A program made the position numbers and the translations under genes. Below are positions 48,726-57,555 of a DNA stretch of 64,000 bases, piece after piece. The stretch is from positions 28,627-92,626 of the IMG/VR virus record IMGVR_UViG_3300028840_006004. One strand, 5' to 3'. The DNA is from a virus. Within the stretch, counting starts at the first letter, position 1; the number at the start of each line of letters is the position of its first letter. The notes under the pieces are model-generated. The model ran no database searches. It had not been told where the DNA came from and was given only the letters and a program-made list of their open reading frames with translations.

Positions 48726-49999
48726 GAATAGAGGAACGGGCCAAGCTTGAAAGAAAGATCCTGGGAGCATTCCTTGAATTACCTCAGCTTGGTAAAGTTG
48801 AATGCGTCAAACTCAAATCAAATTATTTCACTTCAGAAACACGACAAAATATATTTAATTTCATTTTGTCAGAATCGAAAAAGGGTAAAGTCGTCACCTT
48901 AAATGAAATTAATGAAACAGAGCTTGATATTCAGGAAATCACAGAGTGTGTGCTCGCTTCTAATCTTCCTAACTTAAAACCTAATATACGTGAGTTAATC
49001 ACGGAAACATTCTATGATGACCTGTGGAGATTAGGTCAGAGCATACAAGATATGGTAGTAAATGATGCAACACTCGAAACTATTATTCAAGAGATCTCTA
49101 AAGTAACATCTCAATTGGATCCAGATTTCGAAAATGAATATGATATGACCATGGACCAAGCTCTCGGTAAAATTGAAACAGGACAATTACGATACAAAGA
49201 ATATCCTATCGGCTGGAAAGCTATTGATGAACACATGCCATTCTCTTCTCAAAGTATTACCATTGTTGGAGGTAATGAAGGTACGTTCAAGACCAAGCTA
49301 ATGATTTACTGTGTGCGTTTGCTCTTAATGAAATATCCGAACATTTCTGTTCTATGGTATTCAATGGAAGATCCGGCAGATAAATTGATTCGTGGCTTTG
49401 TAGCTCAGGAAACTTTGTTAGATGATGCTACTCTTAAACGTGGCCGTTGGCAAGATATTATTCCAGATGATGTTAAAAAATACGATATTGAGTTCGTAAC
49501 TAAAAGCTCCACAATAAAAGAAGTGGGACAGAAATATGCAGAATTCAGATCTAAACGGGATGGTAAATTCAACCTTTTAATTATCGATAATATTATGAAG
49601 ATTATTCCGATAAATAAAGGCCGCGAAATGGATGTTGACTTAGAAATTATCCGGGAAATTGAATCCTGGAACATCAAAACCAGTCCTAAAGAGAATGCTG
49701 TTATTTTGCTACATCATTTCACGAAGGCTACTCTCGAAGAAAGCAATCTGAAAAATGCCTATGAGCCTGAAATGATCCACCTCAGAGGTGCTGGTAGATA
49801 CAAAGACTTTTGTACCAATGCCATGCTGATCAATTCTATGTATTATCATAGTTCAATTAAGAAATTATTTAAGAGAAATGTTGACTTTATCGAAAAATAT
49901 TACATCGTTAAAATCGATAAAAATAGGAACGGCAAGAAGAAGATTATACGGATGCTTGCCTATCCAGAATTTAATCATTTCTACCAAATCGGTAAGTGA
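48719..49999 (+). CDS. DnaB-like replicative helicase
   Basis: N-terminal LERKILGAFL; GGNEGTFKT (variant Walker A), YSMED, LLIIDN, LRGAG, KIDKNRNG. Confidence 0.85.
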   Translation: MLGIEERAKLERKILGAFLELPQLGKVECVKLKSNYFTSETRQNIFNFILSESKKGKVVTLNEINETELDIQEITECVLASNLPNLKPNIRELITETFYDDLWRLGQSIQDMVVNDATLETIIQEISKVTSQLDPDFENEYDMTMDQALGKIETGQLRYKEYPIGWKAIDEHMPFSSQSITIVGGNEGTFKTKLMIYCVRLLLMKYPNISVLWYSMEDPADKLIRGFVAQETLLDDATLKRGRWQDIIPDDVKKYDIEFVTKSSTIKEVGQKYAEFRSKRDGKFNLLIIDNIMKIIPINKGREMDVDLEIIREIESWNIKTSPKENAVILLHHFTKATLEESNLKNAYEPEMIHLRGAGRYKDFCTNAMLINSMYYHSSIKKLFKRNVDFIEKYYIVKIDKNRNGKKKIIRMLAYPEFNHFYQIGK

Positions 50000-50011
50000 T
50001 CATTTTTCTTC

Positions 50012-50040
50012 ACCCTGCTCAGAGATGGGCAGGGTTTTTT
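50012..50040 (+). terminator. Intrinsic terminator
   Basis: ACCCTGCTCA/TGGGCAGGGT followed by a T-run. Confidence 0.85.
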
Positions 50041-50073
50041 ATGACCTATTTATTAACAATTAAATACATTTAA

Positions 50074-50478
50074 ATGAACAAAATTGAAAACACTGTATTC
50101 TACAAAAATCTTGTGAATACGAATGAGAAAATCAAACAAGATCGCGGTATAATGCTTGCTGGTCAAGCTGAACGTGCCAAGCGTAAAATTGTTGAAGATC
50201 TCATCGACAAAATCGAAAACGAGAAATTCAAGCTTGAACGCATGTATGATCTCTCACCGAAGGAAACAACTGATCTTGCTTACCGTGAGGACTTCAATCC
50301 AAAAACCTGGGCTGAAGAAACACAGAAAATCGAGGATAACATTTTTGCTCTTACAGTAAAAATGACTACCGCGAAAAAAGCATACGAGAAACAATTTGGG
50401 ACGCTTAACATCTCTGTTGCTGGTGGAGCTCCTGATACAGATATTGTAACAGATCCAGACAAAAGTTCTGATGGTTAA
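50074..50478 (+). CDS. Conserved coiled-coil phage protein
   Basis: KQDRG...KIVEDL...DLSP...FNPKTW. Confidence 0.65.
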   Translation: MNKIENTVFYKNLVNTNEKIKQDRGIMLAGQAERAKRKIVEDLIDKIENEKFKLERMYDLSPKETTDLAYREDFNPKTWAEETQKIEDNIFALTVKMTTAKKAYEKQFGTLNISVAGGAPDTDIVTDPDKSSDG

Positions 50479-51250
50479 GATCTATGTTTCAAAAAGTAAT
50501 CTCTCTGTACCTGATGATTGGCACCAGGTACGGGAGAAACTTTACTCGAAAAGCGTTGAGCTTACAAAAGCGACCGGTTTCGGAGCGAACTATTCTGACC
50601 GTCCTATTCGTGAAGCCGATGCTGTCGTTATTATTTCTCACGATGAGGCCTTCAGCAAAGAAGAAATTAGACATTGTAACCTTGGAAAAGGTATCTCTAC
50701 TGAAGGAAGAGTGGGATTTGAAGTTGGTATACCGGTATACATATACCATGCGGATCATGGTTGTTTTTACAAATTAGCCGGCATCCAAGACAATATAACG
50801 ACTGATTGGGATCGCAGATACGCCAGAGGCAGAGTAAAAATAGCCGCCTGCGATTTGAATGCTATTATGCATGATATTGCAGTAAACAACGAACAGCGTG
50901 AAAGTTCAGAGTTTTATTACGAATGCGCTGAATGTTTTGAAAAAATAAATCGTGAAGAAAATCCTCCTTATGTTGTTACTGATCCTGATGGTGAATATCT
51001 GGTATGTGATGAATGCCATGACGGAATATCCAATTGCGATGAATGTCGCTATATAATGGATGTAAATGAAGTCAATTATTATGCTGAACATGATGAAGGA
51101 GAACCTAAAAAACTATGTGATGTTTGTGTAGATTTTCCTAAATACAAGGATTGGATGAAAGTAGAAAATGTTGTTGGTACAAAACCTACGATCAAAATTC
51201 CTAATGCCAAACAAGAAAATCCAATTGATGACATTTTAAAAATAACATAA
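50471..51250 (+). CDS. Nucleoside 2-deoxyribosyltransferase/TIR-like domain plus Cys-rich zinc fingers
   Basis: IYVSKSN, ADAVVII, LGKGISTE, IPVYIY; several CxxC pairs. Confidence 0.6.
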   Translation: MVKIYVSKSNLSVPDDWHQVREKLYSKSVELTKATGFGANYSDRPIREADAVVIISHDEAFSKEEIRHCNLGKGISTEGRVGFEVGIPVYIYHADHGCFYKLAGIQDNITTDWDRRYARGRVKIAACDLNAIMHDIAVNNEQRESSEFYYECAECFEKINREENPPYVVTDPDGEYLVCDECHDGISNCDECRYIMDVNEVNYYAEHDEGEPKKLCDVCVDFPKYKDWMKVENVVGTKPTIKIPNAKQENPIDDILKIT

Positions 51251-51705
51251 TGGAAAAAAGAACTCACATACGTATTTACATTTCAAAACATGTTAACGCT
51301 CCAGATGAGCATCTTCAGACTGTAATTGCTGGTTGTAAGGTATTCGGGATTGATCCTCTGTACCATGTGAAAGGATCCACATACGACAAATATATGGTCA
51401 AGAATGCTCATATTGTAATCATTATACCGTGGTATGATGAAGATTTCTTTAAACTCGGAAAGGGAACTGTATTCGAATATGATCTTGCAAAAACCTATGA
51501 ATCGCAAGTTGTCTTTTATAATCGTGTCAGTAAAAAGCTTCAGGCTATACCTGGCATGACTCCAATGAAAGGTGAAGGCATTCATTTTATGGGACTTCTT
51601 AAACCAGGTGGTGAATCAGTTGATATGGGTGATTTGATTGAAAAGGCTAAACAGTCTGATCGACCATTTTACGAGCCAACAGATAACCCTTCGGGAGTAG
51701 TTTAG
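51250..51705 (+). CDS. Paralogous NDT/TIR-like protein
   Basis: IYISKHVN, AHIVIII, LGKGTVFE. Confidence 0.6.
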   Translation: MEKRTHIRIYISKHVNAPDEHLQTVIAGCKVFGIDPLYHVKGSTYDKYMVKNAHIVIIIPWYDEDFFKLGKGTVFEYDLAKTYESQVVFYNRVSKKLQAIPGMTPMKGEGIHFMGLLKPGGESVDMGDLIEKAKQSDRPFYEPTDNPSGVV

Positions 51706-51721
51706 TAGTTTAATTGTTAGT

Positions 51722-51777
51722 CAGGGCTGCACATCATCATACAATAGTTTTTGGTAAAACTTTCTCGTGTGGCCCTG
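51722..51777 (+). ncRNA. Hairpin with large loop; candidate small antisense RNA or terminator
   Basis: CAGGGCTGCAC/GTGTGGCCCTG stem with inner AGTTTT/AAAACT. Confidence 0.4.
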
Positions 51778-51787
51778 CTTTTATTTA

Positions 51788-52363
51788 ATGCTTATGTGTT
51801 TAGAAACTTATCATAAACCAAAATTACGTACAGCTAATCAAGATCTACATGTTTTTAAGATTGTTGTACAACATAGAAATCCAGATTCATTAGGACAATG
51901 GTTTACACCGTTTCAGCATGTGCCAATTGAAAAAAATGGTTCCTATACTGCAAATGTGCCTACTTATACAGAGAATTCATATAGATATCCTCCGGACACT
52001 TATAGATTTTTGATCAAGGCTGGTATTAATTCATTTGCTACTCTTGAAGGTGCACGTAAAGCTGTATTCGATTATAAAAAATCGATGGGATTAACATCAT
52101 TTACTAATCCTACAATTGTACCGTGCTTAATTCCTAAAGGATCTCAATATTATAAAGGTTTTTTTGGTATGAATAATTTATGTTACGCTTCTACAGCAAT
52201 AACATATCCGTCATCATTTAAAGGAATACCGCATATAAAAAAAGAAAAGAAAGATGAAAAACAAGATTCACATGTTCTTCCATTGCAAAAAATGCATAAA
52301 AGAAAAACCAGATGGAATATCTCCAAGAGATTACGCTTCATTAGAAGTTGGATGGACTCCTAA
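51788..52363 (+). CDS. Conserved crAss-like hypothetical protein (MCL...CLIPKGS.YY.G...YAS family)
   Basis: Recognisable motif pattern. Confidence 0.65.
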   Translation: MLMCLETYHKPKLRTANQDLHVFKIVVQHRNPDSLGQWFTPFQHVPIEKNGSYTANVPTYTENSYRYPPDTYRFLIKAGINSFATLEGARKAVFDYKKSMGLTSFTNPTIVPCLIPKGSQYYKGFFGMNNLCYASTAITYPSSFKGIPHIKKEKKDEKQDSHVLPLQKMHKRKTRWNISKRLRFIRSWMDS

Positions 52364-52493
52364 AGGATTCCAGGTATGGTGTAAGCGACATGAATGTAAT
52401 GTTGCTGCAATAGATTTTATGGGCCAAAAAGTAGCTTATGAGCAAAATGAAGATGAACGTTTGCGAACTCCGGAAAGATCGAATATAAACTAA
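52254..52493 (+). CDS. Small Zn-binding phage protein
   Basis: HCKKC...SPRDYASLEVGWT..GFQVWCKRH. Confidence 0.7.
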   Translation: MKNKIHMFFHCKKCIKEKPDGISPRDYASLEVGWTPKGFQVWCKRHECNVAAIDFMGQKVAYEQNEDERLRTPERSNIN

Positions 52494-52529
52494 TTGAAAA
52501 GATGAATAAAATTAAACTTTCATTTTAAA

Positions 52530-52745
52530 ATGACTGATATATTCAAACTTACTTATAAAGTAGGAAACAGAGAATTTCCTCTTTATTTTGACAGTCAAGA
52601 CAGAGCTGAACGCTTTAGAAATGTAATTCTTGAAATAGCAACTGATCGTAACCATCCGGCTGTACATCCTAAAGCTGAAATCATAAAATTAATTGATTCA
52701 GATGCAGATATTGTTGATGCAGCCAAAGCATCTGGAATAATATAG
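52530..52745 (+). CDS. Hypothetical protein
   Basis: ORF. Confidence 0.6.
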   Translation: MTDIFKLTYKVGNREFPLYFDSQDRAERFRNVILEIATDRNHPAVHPKAEIIKLIDSDADIVDAAKASGII

Positions 52746-52751
52746 TAAAAT

Positions 52752-53430
52752 AGGGTTAAGACTTCATAACTCCGCCCTGTTTTAATCTCCTGCCTGAAAG
52801 CAAATAGTAAGAAAACAGGAATGCGGATGAAGATTTGCTGAAAATCAATGTGAGTGCAAAATATCAAGCTGGCTCTGAATATATTACAGCCTGCAGTAGG
52901 CGTTGTTTGTGGAAGGGATAACAAATTAAATATTACCATCACTTGAAAAGGTGAAAAAGGTCGTTCTTCGGATATATCTGGGTGGTTAAGTCCAGCTGGC
53001 TCAGTCCCAGAAAATATTTAAATTATTCACTGACTGCACAGTGACAGGAGATTTTTAAAACATACTCAATAGAACCATTGAGATAACTTGCAGGTACAAG
53101 ATTGGAATGGAATAATGGTTGAAACCCCAACTGATCCTCTTTATCATAGCTGATGTAAGTTCAGGTAATATGGCGAACCTCCAACGCCTGCAGGTTTTTT
53201 TAAATAATGTGTATGCATCAAGGCTACCAGTAACAAGTAGAAATACTTTCGGTACTATGGCATAAATATTAGTGGTGGCGATGTTACTGGTTCAGTCCAC
53301 TAAGCACATTTAAAAGAAGCGAGGCCGAGTACTTAAACAGCTTGTTCACAGGTTCCGAAAGATATCAAGATGAGCAAGGGTACGATGATGGTGACTAAGC
53401 AGGATATGGCCTATCACCCGCTTCTTTTTA
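52752..53430 (+). ncRNA. Large, multi-domain structured non-coding RNA candidate (~680 nt)
   Basis: Largest gap without a plus-strand ORF in a dense genome; many 5-10 bp helices, several crossing (see findings); strand inferred from flanking genes and G-U pairs. Confidence 0.7.
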
Positions 53431-53445
53431 TAAAATTTACTTCAC

Positions 53446-53691
53446 ATGGGAATATTAATGGAAAGATTACAGGCACAGCTGAAAAGACCTGACTATAAAA
53501 AAGATGCTGAAGATTGTATAAAAATATACAATTGGATAAAAGAAACAGATCCGGAAGGTAGAGTATGGAATAGCAGATGGCGACCTTTAGTAGATGTTGC
53601 ATTCAAAGGATTTCCAAGTGATGAAAGAAATTATAAACCTTCTATTACTGGATATGCTGTATTAAAAGGAATTGAAAATGAAGAGAAATAA
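53446..53691 (+). CDS. Hypothetical protein
   Basis: ORF. Confidence 0.6.
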   Translation: MGILMERLQAQLKRPDYKKDAEDCIKIYNWIKETDPEGRVWNSRWRPLVDVAFKGFPSDERNYKPSITGYAVLKGIENEEK

Positions 53692-53875
53692 TTTACCGAT
53701 GCAGAACAGATTGAATGCTGCAGGAATTACTACATTTCGTACAAATATATGGCCTCCTGGAGCTCATAGTGTCACTGAAAATGTGTATCTTAGATATAAA
53801 GACAAAACCACAAAACGCCCTCATGTAATGCGTTGTCCTGATATTGTAAAAACAAAATTTGGTATAGAAATATGA
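53672..53875 (+). CDS. Hypothetical protein
   Basis: ORF; ATGA-coupled to the helicase. Confidence 0.55.
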   Translation: MKMKRNNLPMQNRLNAAGITTFRTNIWPPGAHSVTENVYLRYKDKTTKRPHVMRCPDIVKTKFGIEI

Positions 53876-55368
53876 TTACACTACGAGATTATCAAGACAA
53901 AATTGTGAAGAAAACTCAAGAGAGTCTTCGTCATGGAAACAAAAGAATCATGGTGTGCGCACCAACTGGTGCCGGGAAGACTGTTATCTTCTCCTACATC
54001 GCAAAGAAAGTCCAGGAACAGGGTAAAAAAGTACTGATGGTCACTCACAGGAAAGAGATCCTGTTTCAGACTGGAGGTACATTTGATAACTTCGGCATAT
54101 TAGCCCATGAGCTGACCGCTAAGACACGCTTTGTTCCAGACGGAGATATAGTCGTTGCAATGGTAGAAACGCTATTCAGGCGCATGCAGAATCGTGGAGA
54201 GTATGAAAATTTTGTTTCTGACTTCGACCTAATAATTGTAGATGAAGGACACATCGGTAATTTCGATAAGATATTTGAATTCATACCACGTAATAACATA
54301 GTTCTTGGTTTCTCAGCTACGCCGTATAGAAAAGGACAGGCCAATAGCCTTGACTCGTATTATGATGATCTTATCCAGGTTGTCGATGTTCCGGACTTGG
54401 TTAGTGATGGATGGCTTTCAAAGCCTTCTACTTACGGAATGCGTATCAATTTAGACAATGTTAGACTGTCTAATGTGGATTACAATTCAGAAGATATGCA
54501 CCACGAATTCATTGATCAACGTGTGTATGAAGGAGTGATCAAAAATTACAACAAGCATACTCCAAATAAAAAAGCTATTCTGTTTGCAGCTTCAGTGGAA
54601 TCCTCAATGGATATTAACTGGCGATTTAATCAAATCGGTATTCCATCGGCCCATGTGGATGCCAATACACCTGATGAAGAGCGCAGAAGAATATTCCAAT
54701 TGTTCCGGGAAGGTGATATCAAGATTTTGTGTAATGTAGGCATTGCTACTATGGGTTTTGATGATCCAACCATCGAAGTTGTTATTCTCTATCGCGCTAC
54801 TAAATCTTTGCCATTGTTTTTGCAAATGTGCGGTAGAGGATCCAGGATAGCTGATGGTAAAAATGAATTTGTTATACTTGATTTCGGTAACAATTCATCT
54901 CAGCATGGATTTTGGGAACAACCACGTAATTGGTCATTGCAAAATGATACAGAAAGATTTCGTAGAGAAAGCAGTATGACTAAAGAATGTCCCAACTGCG
55001 AGAGAATGGTTCCAATTGGTACAGTAGAATGTGTATGTGGATATGTATGGCAACGTACCAGGATCGAGCAAATCGAAGAGCGTATTGAAGCAGATCTTGA
55101 ATTACTCGATGGTTTCCAGTTGCAAATCTATGCCCTGGGTAAAACATTTGAAGAACTCAGGATCATTCAACAAAAGAAAGGATATAAAGAGTCCTGGATA
55201 TTGCATCAGCTAACATCTGAAGAAGAGCTCAGAGCCTATGGTCAATGGCGTAATTACAAATCAGGATGGTTTTGGTATGCACGTCAAAAATTTGAACCAA
55301 AGACTATCGAACAACGTGAAGCTGAAATTGAAGAATTCAAAGAACAAAATCGTTTAAGAAATATGTGA
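53872..55368 (+). CDS. SF2 DEAH-box helicase (RadD/YejH-like) with C-terminal zinc ribbon
   Basis: LRDYQ, APTGAGKT, DEGH, SAT, GFDDP, QMCGRGSR, CPNC..CVCG. Confidence 0.92.
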   Translation: MITLRDYQDKIVKKTQESLRHGNKRIMVCAPTGAGKTVIFSYIAKKVQEQGKKVLMVTHRKEILFQTGGTFDNFGILAHELTAKTRFVPDGDIVVAMVETLFRRMQNRGEYENFVSDFDLIIVDEGHIGNFDKIFEFIPRNNIVLGFSATPYRKGQANSLDSYYDDLIQVVDVPDLVSDGWLSKPSTYGMRINLDNVRLSNVDYNSEDMHHEFIDQRVYEGVIKNYNKHTPNKKAILFAASVESSMDINWRFNQIGIPSAHVDANTPDEERRRIFQLFREGDIKILCNVGIATMGFDDPTIEVVILYRATKSLPLFLQMCGRGSRIADGKNEFVILDFGNNSSQHGFWEQPRNWSLQNDTERFRRESSMTKECPNCERMVPIGTVECVCGYVWQRTRIEQIEERIEADLELLDGFQLQIYALGKTFEELRIIQQKKGYKESWILHQLTSEEELRAYGQWRNYKSGWFWYARQKFEPKTIEQREAEIEEFKEQNRLRNM

Positions 55369-55718
55369 TGGAAAAAGAACATTTTGAAATAATACAAATA
55401 GCACCTCTACGGCAAACAGCTGTTGTTGGAACGAACCACGTAATCGAACTTGTTGAGATTGGACGTGAAGAAAAATGTCACTGGAAAGTCAGAATTAACA
55501 ATCCTGAAAATAAACCATTCTGGGAAACTACATTTTATAATCTGGAGCACGCTAAAGAAAATTTTGCTGACAGATTACATACAAGAAGGCTTATTGAAGA
55601 AGTGGCTTATCATACAAGACGAAAGATCGAGGTTATATTACCTGCAGAACAACCAAAAGCACTCTGGAAATTAAATCATATAAATCCAATTGACGATATT
55701 TTAACTCCAAAGCTATGA
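55365..55718 (+). CDS. Hypothetical protein ending NPIDDILTPKL
   Basis: ORF coupled to both neighbours. Confidence 0.65.
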   Translation: MMEKEHFEIIQIAPLRQTAVVGTNHVIELVEIGREEKCHWKVRINNPENKPFWETTFYNLEHAKENFADRLHTRRLIEEVAYHTRRKIEVILPAEQPKALWKLNHINPIDDILTPKL

Positions 55719-56230
55719 TGAAATACGAAACACATTTCAATAGAACTTTCATCCATGATGTTGATTCGATCATCAAAATTATTAAGATATTTCATCCTGA
55801 TATACCTGATTTTATATTACAGGTTGAGGTTCAAGGCCGTTTCAATACCGGTGGAATATCCAGAAGTAATGCTATTAGAGTAAAACAAGGTAACTATGAC
55901 TGGGTTACTTTAGAAGGAAAGATTAAAGATTATGGTCAAGTAGCTATTGGGATTGATAATTGTCATAATTCAACATTGTTTGGTCCTAAAATTACTCGAG
56001 ATCACATGCGAAAAGCAATTGAAAAAGGAGATGTTACTTTCAAAGTATGGAGATTTGCTCACGATATAGGATCTAAAAATGATCCAATACTTGTTATGAA
56101 TCCTATTGACAGAATACTTACACCTTTTCCTGATTTAACTGAGGAAGAGAAAGCAATTGAAATAATTAAAAAGGCAGGTCATCGCCTTCAATCAGTAGAC
56201 GAATGGTATAAACTTTATTATCAAGATTAA
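55715..56230 (+). CDS. Hypothetical protein containing NPIDRILTP
   Basis: ORF. Confidence 0.65.
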   Translation: MMKYETHFNRTFIHDVDSIIKIIKIFHPDIPDFILQVEVQGRFNTGGISRSNAIRVKQGNYDWVTLEGKIKDYGQVAIGIDNCHNSTLFGPKITRDHMRKAIEKGDVTFKVWRFAHDIGSKNDPILVMNPIDRILTPFPDLTEEEKAIEIIKKAGHRLQSVDEWYKLYYQD

Positions 56231-56232
56231 AT

Positions 56233-57555
56233 ATGAGCACAGTAAAAATGAACATGATCAACGTCAGGTTGATCGAGAAGCTTACTGCAGAATTAACAAG
56301 TGGTAGGTTATGGTTTGTTAGTGGATCAAACAGCAAAGGAAAAACCACATTTATCAAAGCATTAGTAGCCGCACTCAGTGGTAAAATACCGAAAGACATG
56401 CTTACCAATGGTGAGAAAAGTGGTCTTATCGATGCTATGATCGAACCTGTACCAGGTGAACAGTACAGGATAATGATTAACCTGAAGGAAGGAAAAACTC
56501 CATCGTTCAAAATTATCACGCCAGAACTAACCACATCCACACGTAAGACAGATCTTGAGCACATTTTCAAATGGCAAAATGTAACTACTGATGAATTTCT
56601 CGGATTAGGATTAACTGAAGCCGGTAGGCGCAAGCAAGCTGAATATTTTATTAAACTGATGCCTCCACCTGTTCGTCAAAGATTGATTGAAATAGATGGC
56701 CAGGTAAACGAAAAGGACGGTACATTATATCTTGACAGAAGAGATGCCAGTATTCAGCTCAAAGGTATCCCGGAAGCTCAGGATATGGATGATGAAACAA
56801 TTGAGATGGCTAATTCCTATAAAGAATGGAAAGAAGACTACGACAAAATGCTTAATCAATATCAAGAAGACAGGTCTGCAATGCAGGATTTTACTCTTGA
56901 AAAAGATAGGATTGATCGTGAACTTTCTAATATTGGAGGAGAAATCGAAGAGCTTGAAAATAAACTTGAGATTGCCAAAATCAAACAACAACAATTAAAA
57001 GAACTAAGAAAAGATTTAGTTGAGCCTGATGGTGATCTCGAGCAAAAAAAGATTGAATTGGATGCCAGCAAAGAGGCTGTAGATGCTGCATACGAAGCAT
57101 ACATTAAATTAAAAGCCTCAGCTGACAATATCAATAAACGTAAAGAATTAAAAGAGAAACATGAGAACGCAGATCAGAAAATCACGGAGCTTCGAGCGGA
57201 GAAGAAGATCATTATCGAAAACAACTTTAATATTGATGGTATACAGATCGAAGACGGGCAATTATATTATAAGGAAGGTGAAGACCTCGTCCCGTTCACG
57301 GAAGAATCGCTTTCCTATTCAAGAGCTATTATTACCGTAGCAGATCTCATGTTAAAACTGAATCCTAACATGCCATTGGTTTGCCTTGGTAAAGCCAGTG
57401 AGCTTGATCATAAAAGCATTGAATTACTCGCTAATAAAGCAGAGAAAAACGATGCCATTATTGTCCTTGACTATGTAAAAGGCGTAGAACAAGGACTTAC
57501 AATTGAAGTATTTGAACAATTAAACGAAGAAGCTAATGAAAGCGAAACTACTTAG
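56233..57555 (+). CDS. SMC/Rad50-like P-loop ATPase with coiled coil
   Basis: GSNSKGKTT; long coiled coil; degenerate signature LSYSR; C-terminal ELD. Confidence 0.8.
   Translation: MSTVKMNMINVRLIEKLTAELTSGRLWFVSGSNSKGKTTFIKALVAALSGKIPKDMLTNGEKSGLIDAMIEPVPGEQYRIMINLKEGKTPSFKIITPELTTSTRKTDLEHIFKWQNVTTDEFLGLGLTEAGRRKQAEYFIKLMPPPVRQRLIEIDGQVNEKDGTLYLDRRDASIQLKGIPEAQDMDDETIEMANSYKEWKEDYDKMLNQYQEDRSAMQDFTLEKDRIDRELSNIGGEIEELENKLEIAKIKQQQLKELRKDLVEPDGDLEQKKIELDASKEAVDAAYEAYIKLKASADNINKRKELKEKHENADQKITELRAEKKIIIENNFNIDGIQIEDGQLYYKEGEDLVPFTEESLSYSRAIITVADLMLKLNPNMPLVCLGKASELDHKSIELLANKAEKNDAIIVLDYVKGVEQGLTIEVFEQLNEEANESETT

Noticed and set aside
52752-53430. tRNA, tmRNA, RNase P RNA or group I intron
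   Set aside because: No cloverleaf or CCA end, no GAGGAAAGTCC-type RNase P signature, and it does not interrupt a gene. GACTAAG..GGATATGGCC only loosely resembles intron R/S elements and the spacing is wrong.
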